DNA from: Laetmonice hystrix
Taxonomy: Eukaryota
Direction of reading: 5' to 3'
Assembly (NCBI GenBank): GCA_965235115.1
Contig: OZ249438.1
Span: 37,448,001 to 37,512,000, forward strand
DNA length: 64,000 nt
A model generated the notes under the pieces. The model ran no database searches and was not told the origin of the DNA. It saw only the letters and a list, made by a program, of their open reading frames with translations. The position numbers and the translations under genes are program-made. Positions 63,290 to 64,000 of the stretch are shown here, one piece after another (within the stretch, counting starts at the first letter, position 1; each line of letters starts with the position of its first letter).

Positions 63290-64000
63290 TGGAGGCTTGG
63301 GTTGGGGAGGAGGGCGGGCTTGGTTGGAGGGCGGAGTTGGTTGGAGGGTGAAGTTGGTTGGAGGGTTTGGTTTGGGAGGAGGGCGGAGTTGGTTGGAGGG
63401 TGAAGTTGGTTGGAGGCTTGGGTTCGGGAGGAGGGCGGGCTTGGTTGGAGGGTAGAGTTGGTTGGAGGGTGGAGTTGGTTGGAGGGCGGGGTTGGTTAGA
63501 GGGCGGGGTTGGTTGGAGGGTGGAGTTGGTTGGAGGGTTGGGTTCGGGAGGAGGGTGGAGTTGGCTGGAGGGTGGAGTTGGTTGGAGTGCGGGGGTTGTT
63601 GGAGGTCGGGGTTGGTTGGAGGGTTGGGTTTGGGAGGAGGGCGGAGTTGGTTGGAGGGCGGGGTTGGTTGGAGGGTTGGGTTTGGGAGGAGGGCGGAGTT
63701 GGTTGGAGGGTGGAGTTGGTTGGAGGGTGGAGTTGGTTGGAGGGTTTGGTTTTGGAGGAGGGCGGAGTTGGTTGGAGGGCGGAGTTGGTTGGAGGGTGGA
63801 GGTGGTTGGAGGGCGGAGTTGGTTGGAGGGCGGAGTTGGTTGGAGGGTGGAGTTGGTTGGAGGGCGGAGTTGGTTGGAGGGCGGAGTTGGTTGGAGGGTG
63901 GAGTTGGTTGGAGGGCGGAGTTGGTTGGAGGGTGGAGGTGGTTGGAGGGCGGAGTTGGTTGGAGGGCGGAGTTGGTTGGAGGGCGGAGTTGGTTGGAGGG
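63290..64000. repeat. G-rich minisatellite, 17-bp unit, runs off the window end
   Basis: ~40 copies of GGAGGG(C/T)GGAGTTGGTT. Confidence 0.96.

Overview
Eukaryotic (bilaterian animal, probably an invertebrate) genomic DNA, almost all intronic or non-coding. The only coding sequence I can support is one 109-nt spliced exon on the + strand (50515-50623). It encodes part of a laminin-G/LNS domain that best matches alpha-neurexin LNS4, and a candidate microexon lies just upstream of it. About 40 unrelated minisatellite arrays (units 13-82 bp, by hand roughly 27 kb or ~43% of the window) are interspersed with unique sequence; they include a 5.8-kb G-rich array. Nearly all long ORFs in the track are artefacts of these repeats. 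Mobile-element remnants are a TA-flanked Tc1/mariner-type MITE, a TIR element inserted into a minisatellite, a tRNA-derived SINE and a decayed RTE-like LINE. The most interesting unexplained signal is a cluster of CTCF-consensus motifs at 12.8-16.6 kb. It includes a tandem array of 12 sites whose two motif-retaining variants change only at degenerate positions of the CTCF consensus. There are no prokaryotic features and no CRISPR array. Coordinates of repeat edges and copy numbers were counted by eye and are approximate.
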